NCBI GenBank assembly: GCA_001797315.1
Contig: MGPC01000037.1
Coordinates: 30,593-94,592 of the forward strand
Direction of reading: 5' to 3'
DNA: 64,000 bases
Origin: Curvibacter sp. GWA2_64_110
Lineage (GTDB): Bacteria > Pseudomonadota > Gammaproteobacteria > Burkholderiales > Burkholderiaceae_C
The translations under genes and the position numbers were made by a program. Positions 33,901-41,409 of the stretch are shown in pieces; the stretch's first letter is position 1; each line of letters starts with the position of its first letter. The notes below the pieces were generated by a model. The model was not told where the DNA came from and did not search any database. It worked only from the letters and a program-made list of their open reading frames with translations.

Positions 33901-34097
33901 CCGACATCGAGGACCGGATCTTCGATCCTTTCTTTACCACGCGGCGTGGCGCGGGAGGCAGCGGCCTGGGACTGCACATCGTCTACAACCTGGTGGCCGG
34001 CACCCTCGGTGGGGTGATTCATCTGGTCAAGCATGCGGGTCCGGGCACCACGTTTCGCATCCGGTTCCCGCTGCAGCCGAAAAAGGAGGAGGCATGA
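30969..34097 (+). CDS. MHYT-domain / multi-PAS sensor histidine kinase
   Basis: About 1042 aa. The N-terminal membrane MHYT domain has three motif copies (THFVGM, AMHYSGM, GMHYTGM). About four PAS/PAC modules follow (e.g. NAVIITDARGVILWANEGFEKITGY). H-box ISHEINTPIGIG, then HATPase_c (GGSGLGLHIV). Start set at ATG 30969; the upstream part of the track ORF overlaps ssrA. Confidence 0.9.
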   Translation: MTFTYQGSLVVFSVLIAIFAAYTALRLAFRLAWVSRATRPYWIAGGACSMGIGIWATHFVGMLAVRLPIPVAYDPWLTAVSLSPAILASVIALSVLSRPQASAATRFMASVLMGLGIVAMHYSGMAAMKMAPPIAYDLALSVLSLLIAVGASWVALHLFFRKRTGATPVEHRFASAALMGLAIAGMHYTGMTAAEFSPDAVCTVASSGLGGSTIGLFVGLLAVLVLAASLALTFYDEVIGENNFYKALLAAQSAAGEGVLLIEKDRVIYANPAMERLSGYSQAELKALPTWKGLVDDAGAELLLPDGAPGLLPVPSSGRREVVLRMRDGRHGACEAVMTRFRHGEVDRQLLVCIDISERKAAQEALQARDAQARDLALVAARTDNAVIITDARGVILWANEGFEKITGYSLEEALGQKPGRLLQGPDTDPGVRRMICAQLARGEGFETEIVNYHKSGRKYWIAIDVKPVHDEAGELVKFIAIERDITERKLSEAAQRQSEARLNEAQHLARLGSWEFDLPRDEYILSDEALRIHELTSPTGHVPRAAVAALVHPDDLGPLRQQRAQALVSLGTFSTQLRLVFPDGRLKHVHLRGGAHGDEKGNPIRFSGSIQDITEQKQAEQALRSLNETLEQRVLDRTHELEQQRAFTETIINTAETLIFVLDHRGCFVRFNGACERLTGYRFEELRDRPIWAYVIPPERRAEVQLKHENQTSPDKLQRMLEVEWLTRDGQRRLISWCNAMLTDEAGRLQYMIGTGIDITERKRAELALIEANQNLSRTIATLRDTQSQLVQSEKMASLGALVAGISHEINTPIGIGVTSATTLQEEFKGLSRAFDGGTLKRSSLERFIAHGLNGCDILVNNLLRAAELIRSFKQVAVDQSSEEWRHLNLHDYIDEIIISLKPRLKGSTVQVFNASNRHLTIRTHPGAIYQILSNLLLNALTHAYEPGRPGRIRISAEQVGEELQLDFADDGKGISSDIEDRIFDPFFTTRRGAGGSGLGLHIVYNLVAGTLGGVIHLVKHAGPGTTFRIRFPLQPKKEEA

Positions 34098-35659
34098 AGG
34101 ACGCAGATCATCCTGAAGACGCGATGATTTTTGTGCAGGAGCCGGAGGCAACGCCCGCGAACCGGCCGCTGCGGCCCGGCTGGAAAGTCATGGTCATTGA
34201 TGACGATGCCGGGGTCCATGAAGTCACCCGGCTGGCCCTGGGCGACTTCGAGTTCGACGGCCGCGGCCTTGAGTTCCTCCATGCCTACTCGGCAGCTGAG
34301 GGCGAGGCACTGCTGCGGGCGCATCCCGACACGGCCGTGGCGCTGGTGGATGTGGTGATGGAGCATGACTCCGCCGGGCTGGAACTGGTTCGCACCATCC
34401 GCGAAGTGCAGGGCAACCGGATGATCCGCCTGATCCTGCGCACCGGCCAGCCCGGGCAGGCACCCGAACGTGAGGTGATTCGCCAGTACGACATCAATGA
34501 CTACAAGGAAAAGTCGGAACTTTCGGCGCAGAAGCTCTACAGCACCCTTCTCACCAGCCTGCGCTCCTGGCGCGACCTGATGGCGCTGGATGCCAACCGC
34601 GCTGGCCTGCAGCGCGTGATCCACGCCACCGGCGAGATCTTCCAGACGCGCGACCTCGGCCGCTTTGTGCAGGGCGTGCTGGAGCAACTGGTGGCGTTGC
34701 TGTACCTCGAGCGCGATGCCATGCTGATCAAGTGCGACAGCCTGGCGTTGCGGCGCGAGGGCGGGGAGGTGCTGGTGGTTGCGGCCACCGGCAGCTTTGT
34801 CGCGCTGCTCGGTACCCAGGCCGTCTCCAGTCTGCCGCCGCACATGCTGGAAGACGTGGCCACAGTGCTGCGCACGCGCCAGCCGCTGCTGCGCGAGGGC
34901 GAGTACTGGGGCTACTTCCAGGCGCAGGGCGGCAATGAAAACATCATCCACCTCAACAGCCTGCAGCCGCTCTCCCGTGATGACGCCAACCTGATCCAGC
35001 TGTTCCTGCAGAACGTTTCGATCGCCTACGAGAACACGCTGCTGCACGAGGAGATCGATGGCACGCAGCGCGACATCGTCTACATGCTGGGCGAGGCGAT
35101 CGAAACCCGCTCGCGCGAGACCGGCCAGCACGTGCGGCGCGTGGCCGAATACTGCCACCTGATCGCCCGCGGCATCGGCCTGGCCGAGCGCGAGGCCGAT
35201 ACGCTCAAGATCGCCGCGCCGCTGCATGATTTCGGCAAGATCGGCATTCCCGATGCCGTGCTGCACAAGCACGGCTCGCTCGACGAGGACGAGTGGGCGG
35301 TGATGCGCCAGCACGCCGGGATCGGCCACGAAATGCTGAGCCAGTCACGGCGCGAAATCCTGCAGGCCGCCGCCTTGCTGGCCGGCCAGCACCACGAGAA
35401 ATGGGACGGCAGCGGCTATCCGCGGGGCCTGCAGGGCGAACAGATCCACCTCTATGGCCGCATTGGCGCGGTGGCCGACGTGTTCGACGCGCTGGGCAGC
35501 TGGCGCAGTTACAAGGAGCCGTGGCCGCTGGAGGCCATCCTGGACTATCTGCGCCAGCAGCGCGGTCGGCATTTCGATCCTGCCATCGTTGACTGGGTGC
35601 TGGGCAACGTCGATGCCATGGTCTCGGTGGCCAAAAAATTCCCCGACACGCCACAGTGA
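34094..35659 (+). CDS. Response regulator with HD-GYP domain (REC - GAF-like/DUF3369 - HD-GYP), predicted c-di-GMP phosphodiesterase
   Basis: REC domain (KVMVIDDD...VDVVME), central domain, then HD-GYP (PLHDFGKIGIPD, HHEKWDGSGYPRGL). ATGA overlap with the kinase stop. Confidence 0.88.
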   Translation: MKDADHPEDAMIFVQEPEATPANRPLRPGWKVMVIDDDAGVHEVTRLALGDFEFDGRGLEFLHAYSAAEGEALLRAHPDTAVALVDVVMEHDSAGLELVRTIREVQGNRMIRLILRTGQPGQAPEREVIRQYDINDYKEKSELSAQKLYSTLLTSLRSWRDLMALDANRAGLQRVIHATGEIFQTRDLGRFVQGVLEQLVALLYLERDAMLIKCDSLALRREGGEVLVVAATGSFVALLGTQAVSSLPPHMLEDVATVLRTRQPLLREGEYWGYFQAQGGNENIIHLNSLQPLSRDDANLIQLFLQNVSIAYENTLLHEEIDGTQRDIVYMLGEAIETRSRETGQHVRRVAEYCHLIARGIGLAEREADTLKIAAPLHDFGKIGIPDAVLHKHGSLDEDEWAVMRQHAGIGHEMLSQSRREILQAAALLAGQHHEKWDGSGYPRGLQGEQIHLYGRIGAVADVFDALGSWRSYKEPWPLEAILDYLRQQRGRHFDPAIVDWVLGNVDAMVSVAKKFPDTPQ

Positions 35660-35697
35660 GGGGCGGGCGTTGCAACGGGTTTGCGATACTCGGCACC

Positions 35698-36441
35698 ATG
35701 CAACTGCAAGACATTCTTTATTCCCAGGGCTTTGGCACGCGGCGCGTCTGTGCCGGCCTGATCCAGCAGGGTCACGTTCAGGTTTATGAACAAAACAATG
35801 CCTCCGGGCCCGTGGAATGTGCGCAGGCTGCTATGGAATTCGAAGCAACCGGCTTGCGTTTCCGGGTGCAGAGAGAGGATTGGGCCTACCATGAGAAGGC
35901 CTACCTGATGCTGCACAAACCGGCCGGCACCGAGTGCTCGCAAAAGCCCTCGACCTGGCCCAGCATCTACACGCTGCTGCCGTCGCCGCTGCGCCTGCGG
36001 CCCAACAAGGGCGCCGTGCAGGGCGTGCAGGCGATCGGTCGGCTCGACCAGGACACCACCGGCCTGCTGCTGCTGAGCGACGACGGCAAGTTCATCCACC
36101 GCATGAGCTCGCCACGCCACCATGTGCCCAAGGTCTACGAGGTGACGCTCAAGCACGCGCTGGACGACAAGCAGGTGCAGCGCCTGCTGGCCGGCGTGGT
36201 GCTGGACGACGACCCCAAGCCGGTGCGCGCCGCCGCCTGCGAGGCGGTGGACAGCCATCACCTGCGCCTGACCCTGACCGAGGGCAAATACCACCAGGTC
36301 AAGCGCATGCTGGCGGCGGTGGGCAACCGGGTCGAGGGATTGCACCGTTCGCAGATCGGCGGCTTGAAGCTGCCGGCCGATCTGGCGCCGGGGCAGTGGC
36401 GCTGGCTGGACGAGACCGGCCTGGCGCTGATCAACGGCTGA
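35698..36441 (+). CDS. Pseudouridine synthase, RsuA/RluB/E/F family with S4 domain
   Basis: 247 aa with catalytic motif AIGRLDQDTTGLLLLSDDG and KVYEV block. Start set at ATG 35698. Confidence 0.85.
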   Translation: MQLQDILYSQGFGTRRVCAGLIQQGHVQVYEQNNASGPVECAQAAMEFEATGLRFRVQREDWAYHEKAYLMLHKPAGTECSQKPSTWPSIYTLLPSPLRLRPNKGAVQGVQAIGRLDQDTTGLLLLSDDGKFIHRMSSPRHHVPKVYEVTLKHALDDKQVQRLLAGVVLDDDPKPVRAAACEAVDSHHLRLTLTEGKYHQVKRMLAAVGNRVEGLHRSQIGGLKLPADLAPGQWRWLDETGLALING

Positions 36442-36576
36442 AGGGTTGGACGTGAGGCGGATCGGCCACAGCGCGCCTTGATGCCGGTCAAACACCGTTC
36501 GAGGCCAGTCGCCCAAGGCCGGCTGCGGCGCAGGCCGGCCGCTACACTTGCAGATTGCCTGAACAAGTCATCCGCC

Positions 36577-37566
36577 GTGCACCATCCCGTCCCCTTCTTT
36601 CTCGCGTTCCTGGTCCTGCTGGCGGCCAGCGCCTTTTCTCCCGGGGCCTGGGCCCAGTTGCGGCCGATCTTCGTGCTCAATTCGCTCGATGCCGACGTCA
36701 GCGTCATCGACCCGGCCAGCTGGAAGGTGGTCAAGCGCATAACCACCGGCAAGGAGCCGCACCACCTGTACCTGACGCCGGACGAGAAGTCGCTCATCAT
36801 CGCCAATGCGCTGGGCGACTCGCTGACCTTCGTCGACCCGCAGACGGCCGAGGTGCAGCGCACCGTGCGCGGTATCCTCGACCCCTACCAGCTGCGCTTC
36901 TCGCCCGACATGAAGTGGTTCGTCACCGCCGGCAACCGGCTCAACCACGTCGACATCTACCGCTGGGACGGCCGCGACCTGACGCTGGCCAAACGCATTG
37001 CCACCGGCAAGACGCCCAGCCACGTCTGGATCGACAGCAAGAGCAGCACCGCCTACGCGTCCATGCAGGACAGCGATGAACTGGTGGCGATCGACCTGCC
37101 GACCCAGACGCTCAAATGGCGGCGCAAGACCGGCCCGCTGCCGGCCGACGTGTTCGGCACGCCGGATGACCGCTTCCTGCTGATCGGCCTGACCGGCGGC
37201 GAAGGTGTGGAGGTCTACGATGTGTCCGGCCCGACCGCCCGGCTGGTCAATTACATCCGCACCGGCAAGGGCGCGCATGCCTTCCGCGCCGTCGGCGACC
37301 GGCGTCACGTCTTCGTCAGCAACCGGGTGGACGACACCATCAGCAAGATCGATTTCCAGACCATGAGCATGGTGGACCAGTACCCGGCGCCCAGCGGCCC
37401 GGACTGCATGGACCTGACGGCCGACGGCCGCTACATCTTCGTCGCCTCGCGCTGGGCCAAGAAGCTCAGCGTGATCGACACCACCACACGCGAGGTGGTG
37501 CGGCAGGTCAGGGTCGGCAAATCGCCGCACGGCGTCTGGACACTCGACCATGCGCCGCGCCAGTAA
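36577..37566 (+). CDS. YVTN/YncE-like beta-propeller repeat protein (secreted)
   Basis: Signal peptide ...FFLAFLVLLAASAFSPGAWA, then repeated G..PH.. propeller blades (TGKEPHHLYLTPD, TGKTPSHVWID, TGKGAHAF, VGKSPHGVW). The start is uncertain: GTG 36577 is chosen; the ORF opens at 36478. Confidence 0.7.
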   Translation: MHHPVPFFLAFLVLLAASAFSPGAWAQLRPIFVLNSLDADVSVIDPASWKVVKRITTGKEPHHLYLTPDEKSLIIANALGDSLTFVDPQTAEVQRTVRGILDPYQLRFSPDMKWFVTAGNRLNHVDIYRWDGRDLTLAKRIATGKTPSHVWIDSKSSTAYASMQDSDELVAIDLPTQTLKWRRKTGPLPADVFGTPDDRFLLIGLTGGEGVEVYDVSGPTARLVNYIRTGKGAHAFRAVGDRRHVFVSNRVDDTISKIDFQTMSMVDQYPAPSGPDCMDLTADGRYIFVASRWAKKLSVIDTTTREVVRQVRVGKSPHGVWTLDHAPRQ

Positions 37567-38380
37567 GCTGCTGCCGGGTTTTCTGATTGCTATCTTTTTG
37601 ATAGCTATTGGCGCAACTGCGGCAAGGGCTGAGGGCCAAAAAGGCTGCAAGAAACCGGTCTACCTGACGTTCGACACCGGCCACATGGGCGTGGCCGAAC
37701 TGGTGGCCGAGGTGCTGTTGCGCCAGCAGGTGCGGGTGACCTTCTTCGCCGCTCAGGAGCGCAGCCGCGTCGGCGACGGCAGCCTGGGCGAGCACTGGGC
37801 GCCCTGGTGGCGCGCCCGGGCCGCCGAAGGGCATGAATTCGCCTCGCACACGCTGGACCATGTCTACTGGCGGGCCGATGTTGCCGGCGATAGTGGGGCG
37901 CCGCGTTTTCGCGTGCGCCCTTCGGCCGGTGCCGACGAAGGGCGCGAGCAGGTCTGGGACGCTGCACAGTACTGTGCGCAGATCCAGGCCGCGTCCGACC
38001 GGCTGCAACAGCTCACCGGCAAGCCGGCACTGCCCTTGTTCCGCGCCCCGGGCGGCAAGACCTCGCCGGCGCTGCTGGCGGCGGCCAAAGCTTGCGGTTA
38101 TGCCCACGTCGGCTGGGCGGTGGCCGGTTTCCTCGGCGACGAGCTGCCGAGCGAGACCTACAGCAACGCCGCGCTGCTGAAGAAGGCCTTGCGCGACATC
38201 CGCTCAGGCGACATCCTGATGGCGCACCTGGGCATCTGGTCGCGCAAGGACCCGTGGGCGCCCAGCGTGCTGGAGCCGCTCATCATGGGTCTGAAGGACC
38301 GCGGCTTCTGCTTCCGCACCCTGCGTGAGCACCCGGCTTATCGGGCCTGGATTGACGGCCGGCGTCCACGCGAGAATTGA
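37550..38380 (+). CDS. Polysaccharide deacetylase (NodB homology domain) family protein
   Basis: VYLTFDTGH and HEFASHTLDH motifs. The only in-frame start upstream of the domain is ATG 37550, which overlaps the propeller gene by 17 nt. Confidence 0.8.
   Translation: MRRASKLLPGFLIAIFLIAIGATAARAEGQKGCKKPVYLTFDTGHMGVAELVAEVLLRQQVRVTFFAAQERSRVGDGSLGEHWAPWWRARAAEGHEFASHTLDHVYWRADVAGDSGAPRFRVRPSAGADEGREQVWDAAQYCAQIQAASDRLQQLTGKPALPLFRAPGGKTSPALLAAAKACGYAHVGWAVAGFLGDELPSETYSNAALLKKALRDIRSGDILMAHLGIWSRKDPWAPSVLEPLIMGLKDRGFCFRTLREHPAYRAWIDGRRPREN
37586..37637 (-). repeat. R2 short interspersed repeat, copy 2 (reverse), with perfect core GCTATC-TTTTT-GATAGC
   Basis: The reverse complement GGCCCTCAGCCCTTGCCGCAGTTGCGCCAATAGCTATCAAAAAGATAGCAATC aligns with copies 1 and 3. 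It lies inside the 5' end of the deacetylase CDS. Confidence 0.75.
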
Positions 38381-38383
38381 CGC

Positions 38384-39466
38384 ATGGACGCCCTGGCCAA
38401 CGCCTTTGCCGATCTGCAGGAGTGGCTGTTTGAGGCGCTGGTGCAGCCGCTGGCTTTCGGGCTCGGGCTGGGCAACCGGCTGGAGGACGCCTACGACGCC
38501 ACCGGCTGGCTGCTGGTCGGGCTGCTGCAGCTGGTCGTGCTGCTGGCCGTCATCGGGCCGTTGCAGCGCTGGCGCCCGGTCGAGGCCGTGACCGACCGCG
38601 CCACCGTGCGCGTCGACGTGCTCTACACCCTGATCCACCGCCTCGGCCTGTTCCGCCTGGCGCTGTTTTTCACGCTGACGCCGCTGCTGGACGACCTGTT
38701 CGGCGAACTGCGCGTGGCCGGGCTGGCCACCTTCCATCTCGACGACCTCTGGCCCGGCGTGACCGACCTGCCGCTGGTCAGCCTGCTGCTGTACCTGGTG
38801 GTGTTCGACTTCGTCGACTACTGGATCCACCGCGGCCAGCACCGGTTCGAATGGTGGTGGCGCCTGCATGCGCTGCACCATGCACAGCGCCAGATGACGA
38901 TGTGGAGCGACAACCGCAACCACCTGCTCGACGACCTGCTGCGCGACGTGATCGTGGTTGTCGTGGCCCAGCTGATCGGCGTGGCGCCCGGGCAGTTCGT
39001 CGCCATCGTCGCCTTCACCCAGCTCAGCGAGAGCTTCCAGCATGCCAACCTGCGCCTGTCCTTCGGCCGCTGGGGCGAGCGGCTGTGGATCAGCCCGCGC
39101 TTTCACCGGCTGCACCACAGCATCGGCATTGGGCATGAATCTCCAGTCAAGTTGATCAAGGCAAATATGAGCGCCGCCGGACCGTCCCAAGGCGCGAAGG
39201 CCCCAGGCCCAAGCGAAGCGCAAGGCAAGGCTGCGCGTGGGGACAGCGAGGACACGCCAGTGCCGAGCGTGGGGGCTGTCAAGCTTGGGGGACATAACTT
39301 CGGCGTGCTGCTGCCGTGGTGGGACATGCTCTTTGGCACCGCCAATTTCGAACAGCGCTTTGACCCGACCGGCGTGCGCGACCAGGTGGAGCAGGGCCGG
39401 GATTACGGACGCGGTTTCTGGTCGCAGCAATGGCGGGGCGTGCTGCGGCTGTTCGGCCGCGCCTGA
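38384..39466 (+). CDS. Fatty acid hydroxylase / sterol desaturase superfamily membrane protein
   Basis: Histidine boxes HRGQH, HALHH and HRLHH, plus the conserved tail NFGVLLPWWDMLFGT. Confidence 0.85.
   Translation: MDALANAFADLQEWLFEALVQPLAFGLGLGNRLEDAYDATGWLLVGLLQLVVLLAVIGPLQRWRPVEAVTDRATVRVDVLYTLIHRLGLFRLALFFTLTPLLDDLFGELRVAGLATFHLDDLWPGVTDLPLVSLLLYLVVFDFVDYWIHRGQHRFEWWWRLHALHHAQRQMTMWSDNRNHLLDDLLRDVIVVVVAQLIGVAPGQFVAIVAFTQLSESFQHANLRLSFGRWGERLWISPRFHRLHHSIGIGHESPVKLIKANMSAAGPSQGAKAPGPSEAQGKAARGDSEDTPVPSVGAVKLGGHNFGVLLPWWDMLFGTANFEQRFDPTGVRDQVEQGRDYGRGFWSQQWRGVLRLFGRA
39146..39287 (+). repeat. 132-bp in-frame insertion-like segment bounded by direct repeats GTCAAGTTG / GTCAAGCTTG inside the hydroxylase gene
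   Basis: The direct repeats are at 39146-39154 and 39278-39287, exactly 132 nt (44 codons) apart. The segment encodes a low-complexity peptide (IKANMSAAGPSQGAKAPGPSEAQGKAARGDSEDTPVPSVGA) between the third His box and the conserved tail. Its 3' ~45 nt resemble the tail of R1 copy B. Confidence 0.5.
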
Positions 39467-39504
39467 CATTTCCCCGTCATGCCATCCAAGGTATGCTCCG
39501 CGCC

Positions 39505-40392
39505 ATGAACCTGTTTCTGGACGCCTTCTGGCGAGCCCTGGTCTATTCATTGCGGCCGCGCGTGATCGCGCTGTCTTTCCTGCCGCTGGTGCTGATGGTG
39601 GCGCTGTCCGGCGGGTTGGTCTATTTCTTCTGGGAGTCGGCGGTGCAGGCCGTGCAGGCCTGGCTGGGCGAGCTGGCGTTGCTGGAGAGTCTGATGCGCT
39701 GGCTCGAGAGCGTGGGTGCCGGCAACCTGCGCAGCGTCGTGGCGCCGCTGGTGCTGCTGATGCTCACGCTGCCCGTCATCATCATCCTGTCGCTGCTGGC
39801 CGTGGCCTGGCTCATGACGCCGTCGCTGGTGTCGCTGGTGGCCGAACGGCGCTTTCCCCGCCTGGCGCGGCGCCACGGCGGCACCTTCTGGCGCGGCATG
39901 CTGTTCGCCCTGGGTACCGCGCTGCTGGCGACACTGGCGCTGCTGGTGTCCATGCCGCTGTGGCTGATCCCGCCGCTGGTGGTGGTCTTGCCGCCGCTGG
40001 TCTGGGGCTGGCTGACCTACCGCGTGATGGCCTACGACACGCTGGCCGAACATGCCAGCCGCGAGGAACGTGCCGAGTTGTTGCGCCGCCACCGCCTGTG
40101 GATGCTGACCATCGGCATCCTGACCGGCTACCTGGGGGCGGCGCCCGGACTGATCTGGGCCATCGGCGCCATGGCCATCGTGTTTGCGCCGCTGCTGGTG
40201 CCGCTGGCGATCTGGATCTACACCTTCGTTTTCGCCTTTTCCTCGCTGTGGTTCGCGCATTTCTGTCTGGCTGCGCTCGATGCGCTGCGGTCCGAGTCCG
40301 CGGTGCCCATGTCTGCCGGTCCGACGCCTGCCATCAGCGACAACCCCGTCTTGCCTCATACCCCAAATGCCGACGACTCACCTCAGACTTGA
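39505..40392 (+). CDS. EI24/CysZ-like domain-containing membrane protein
   Basis: About 295 aa, polytopic, N-terminus MNLFLDAFWRALVYSLRPRVIALSFLP typical of the family. The start could be 39493 or 39505. Confidence 0.65.
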   Translation: MNLFLDAFWRALVYSLRPRVIALSFLPLVLMVALSGGLVYFFWESAVQAVQAWLGELALLESLMRWLESVGAGNLRSVVAPLVLLMLTLPVIIILSLLAVAWLMTPSLVSLVAERRFPRLARRHGGTFWRGMLFALGTALLATLALLVSMPLWLIPPLVVVLPPLVWGWLTYRVMAYDTLAEHASREERAELLRRHRLWMLTIGILTGYLGAAPGLIWAIGAMAIVFAPLLVPLAIWIYTFVFAFSSLWFAHFCLAALDALRSESAVPMSAGPTPAISDNPVLPHTPNADDSPQT

Positions 40393-41200
40393 ATTCAGCC
40401 TCATCATCATCGGCGACGAAATTCTCTCCGGCAAACGGGCCGACAAGCATCTTCCCAAGGTGATCGAACTGCTGCACGCGCGCGGCCTGCAGCTGGCGCA
40501 TGCCGACTATGTGGGTGACTCGCCCGAACGCATCACCGCCACGCTGCAACGCGCCTTCGCTTCCGGCGAGGTGGTGTTCTCCTGCGGCGGCATCGGTGCC
40601 ACACCCGATGACCACACCCGCCAGTGCGCCGCGCGCGCGCTGGGGGTTGAACTGGCGCTGCACCGCGACGCCGAGGCGCTGATTCGCGAGCGCATGCAGG
40701 ACGTGGCACGTGAGCAAGGCGTGCCTTACGAGCCGGACCGCCCGGACAACATCCACCGCCTGAACATGGGCATGTTCCCGCTCGGTGCCCGCATCATTCC
40801 CAACCCCTACAACAAGATTCCGGGCTTCAGCTGCCAGGGGACGGGTGGTGGCATGGTCCATTTTGTGCCGGGCTTCCCGGTCATGGCTTGGCCGATGATC
40901 GAATGGGTGCTCGACACCCATTACCGTCACTTGTTCCGGGACAAGGCATGGGTCGAACAGTCGGTCATCGTCTACGGCTCGATAGAGGCCACGCTGACGC
41001 CGCTGATGGAAGAGATCGAGCGCCGTTTCGAGGGCGTCAAGGTCTTCAGCCTGCCCAGCGTGGACCACCCGCAGCACGGCCGCCACATTGAACTCGGCGT
41101 CAAGGGGGCGCCTGAACGGGTGGCACAGGCCTATCCGGACTTGCTGGCGGGTCTGCACCGCTTGGATGTCAAGTTAGGCCCCGAATTGGTGCGCGATTGA
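40367..41200 (+). CDS. CinA-like / MoCF-biosynthesis (molybdopterin-binding) domain protein
   Basis: IIIGDEILSGKRADKH and FSCGGIGATPDDHT motifs. Start set at ATG 40367, overlapping the EI24 gene by 26 nt. Confidence 0.75.
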   Translation: MPTTHLRLEFSLIIIGDEILSGKRADKHLPKVIELLHARGLQLAHADYVGDSPERITATLQRAFASGEVVFSCGGIGATPDDHTRQCAARALGVELALHRDAEALIRERMQDVAREQGVPYEPDRPDNIHRLNMGMFPLGARIIPNPYNKIPGFSCQGTGGGMVHFVPGFPVMAWPMIEWVLDTHYRHLFRDKAWVEQSVIVYGSIEATLTPLMEEIERRFEGVKVFSLPSVDHPQHGRHIELGVKGAPERVAQAYPDLLAGLHRLDVKLGPELVRD

Positions 41201-41227
41201 TGATGGTCACTATTGGTGCAATGTGAA

Positions 41228-41244
41228 TGCACTTTGTTGGTGCA
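41228..41244 (+). promoter_or_regulatory. NtrC (NR-I) binding site upstream of glnA
   Basis: TGCACT-TTGTT-GGTGCA matches the 17-bp TGCACC-N5-GGTGCA consensus at 11/12 positions. A further GGTGCA half-site lies at 41215-41220. The centre is ~135 nt upstream of the predicted sigma-54 start. Confidence 0.7.
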
Positions 41245-41346
41245 TTTTGTGATCCCAAATAATCGCTTTGATGTGGTTTGCCGCGTCAAACGGGGCCAAA
41301 CTGAAGGCAAAATACGAAGTTCGGCGCAATCGTGCAGGAGCCGCTT

Positions 41347-41362
41347 TGGCACAGAAACTGCA
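41347..41362 (+). promoter_or_regulatory. Sigma-54 (-24/-12) promoter of glnA
   Basis: TGGCAC-AGAAA-CTGCA compared with consensus TGGCAC-N5-TTGCA, 48 nt upstream of the glnA ATG. Confidence 0.75.
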
Positions 41363-41409
41363 TTCATGCCCATGAAATTTTTAACCAACCATCCAACCAG
41401 GAGAATCTG

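Noticed and set aside
30857-36441. A genomic island integrated at the tmRNA gene, a common integration hotspot.
   Set aside because: No integrase follows ssrA. I could not find a direct repeat of the ssrA 3' end (TTCAAATCCCCCCAGCTCCACCA) downstream. The composition and codon usage of the following genes look the same as the rest of the window. ssrA also has its own terminator.
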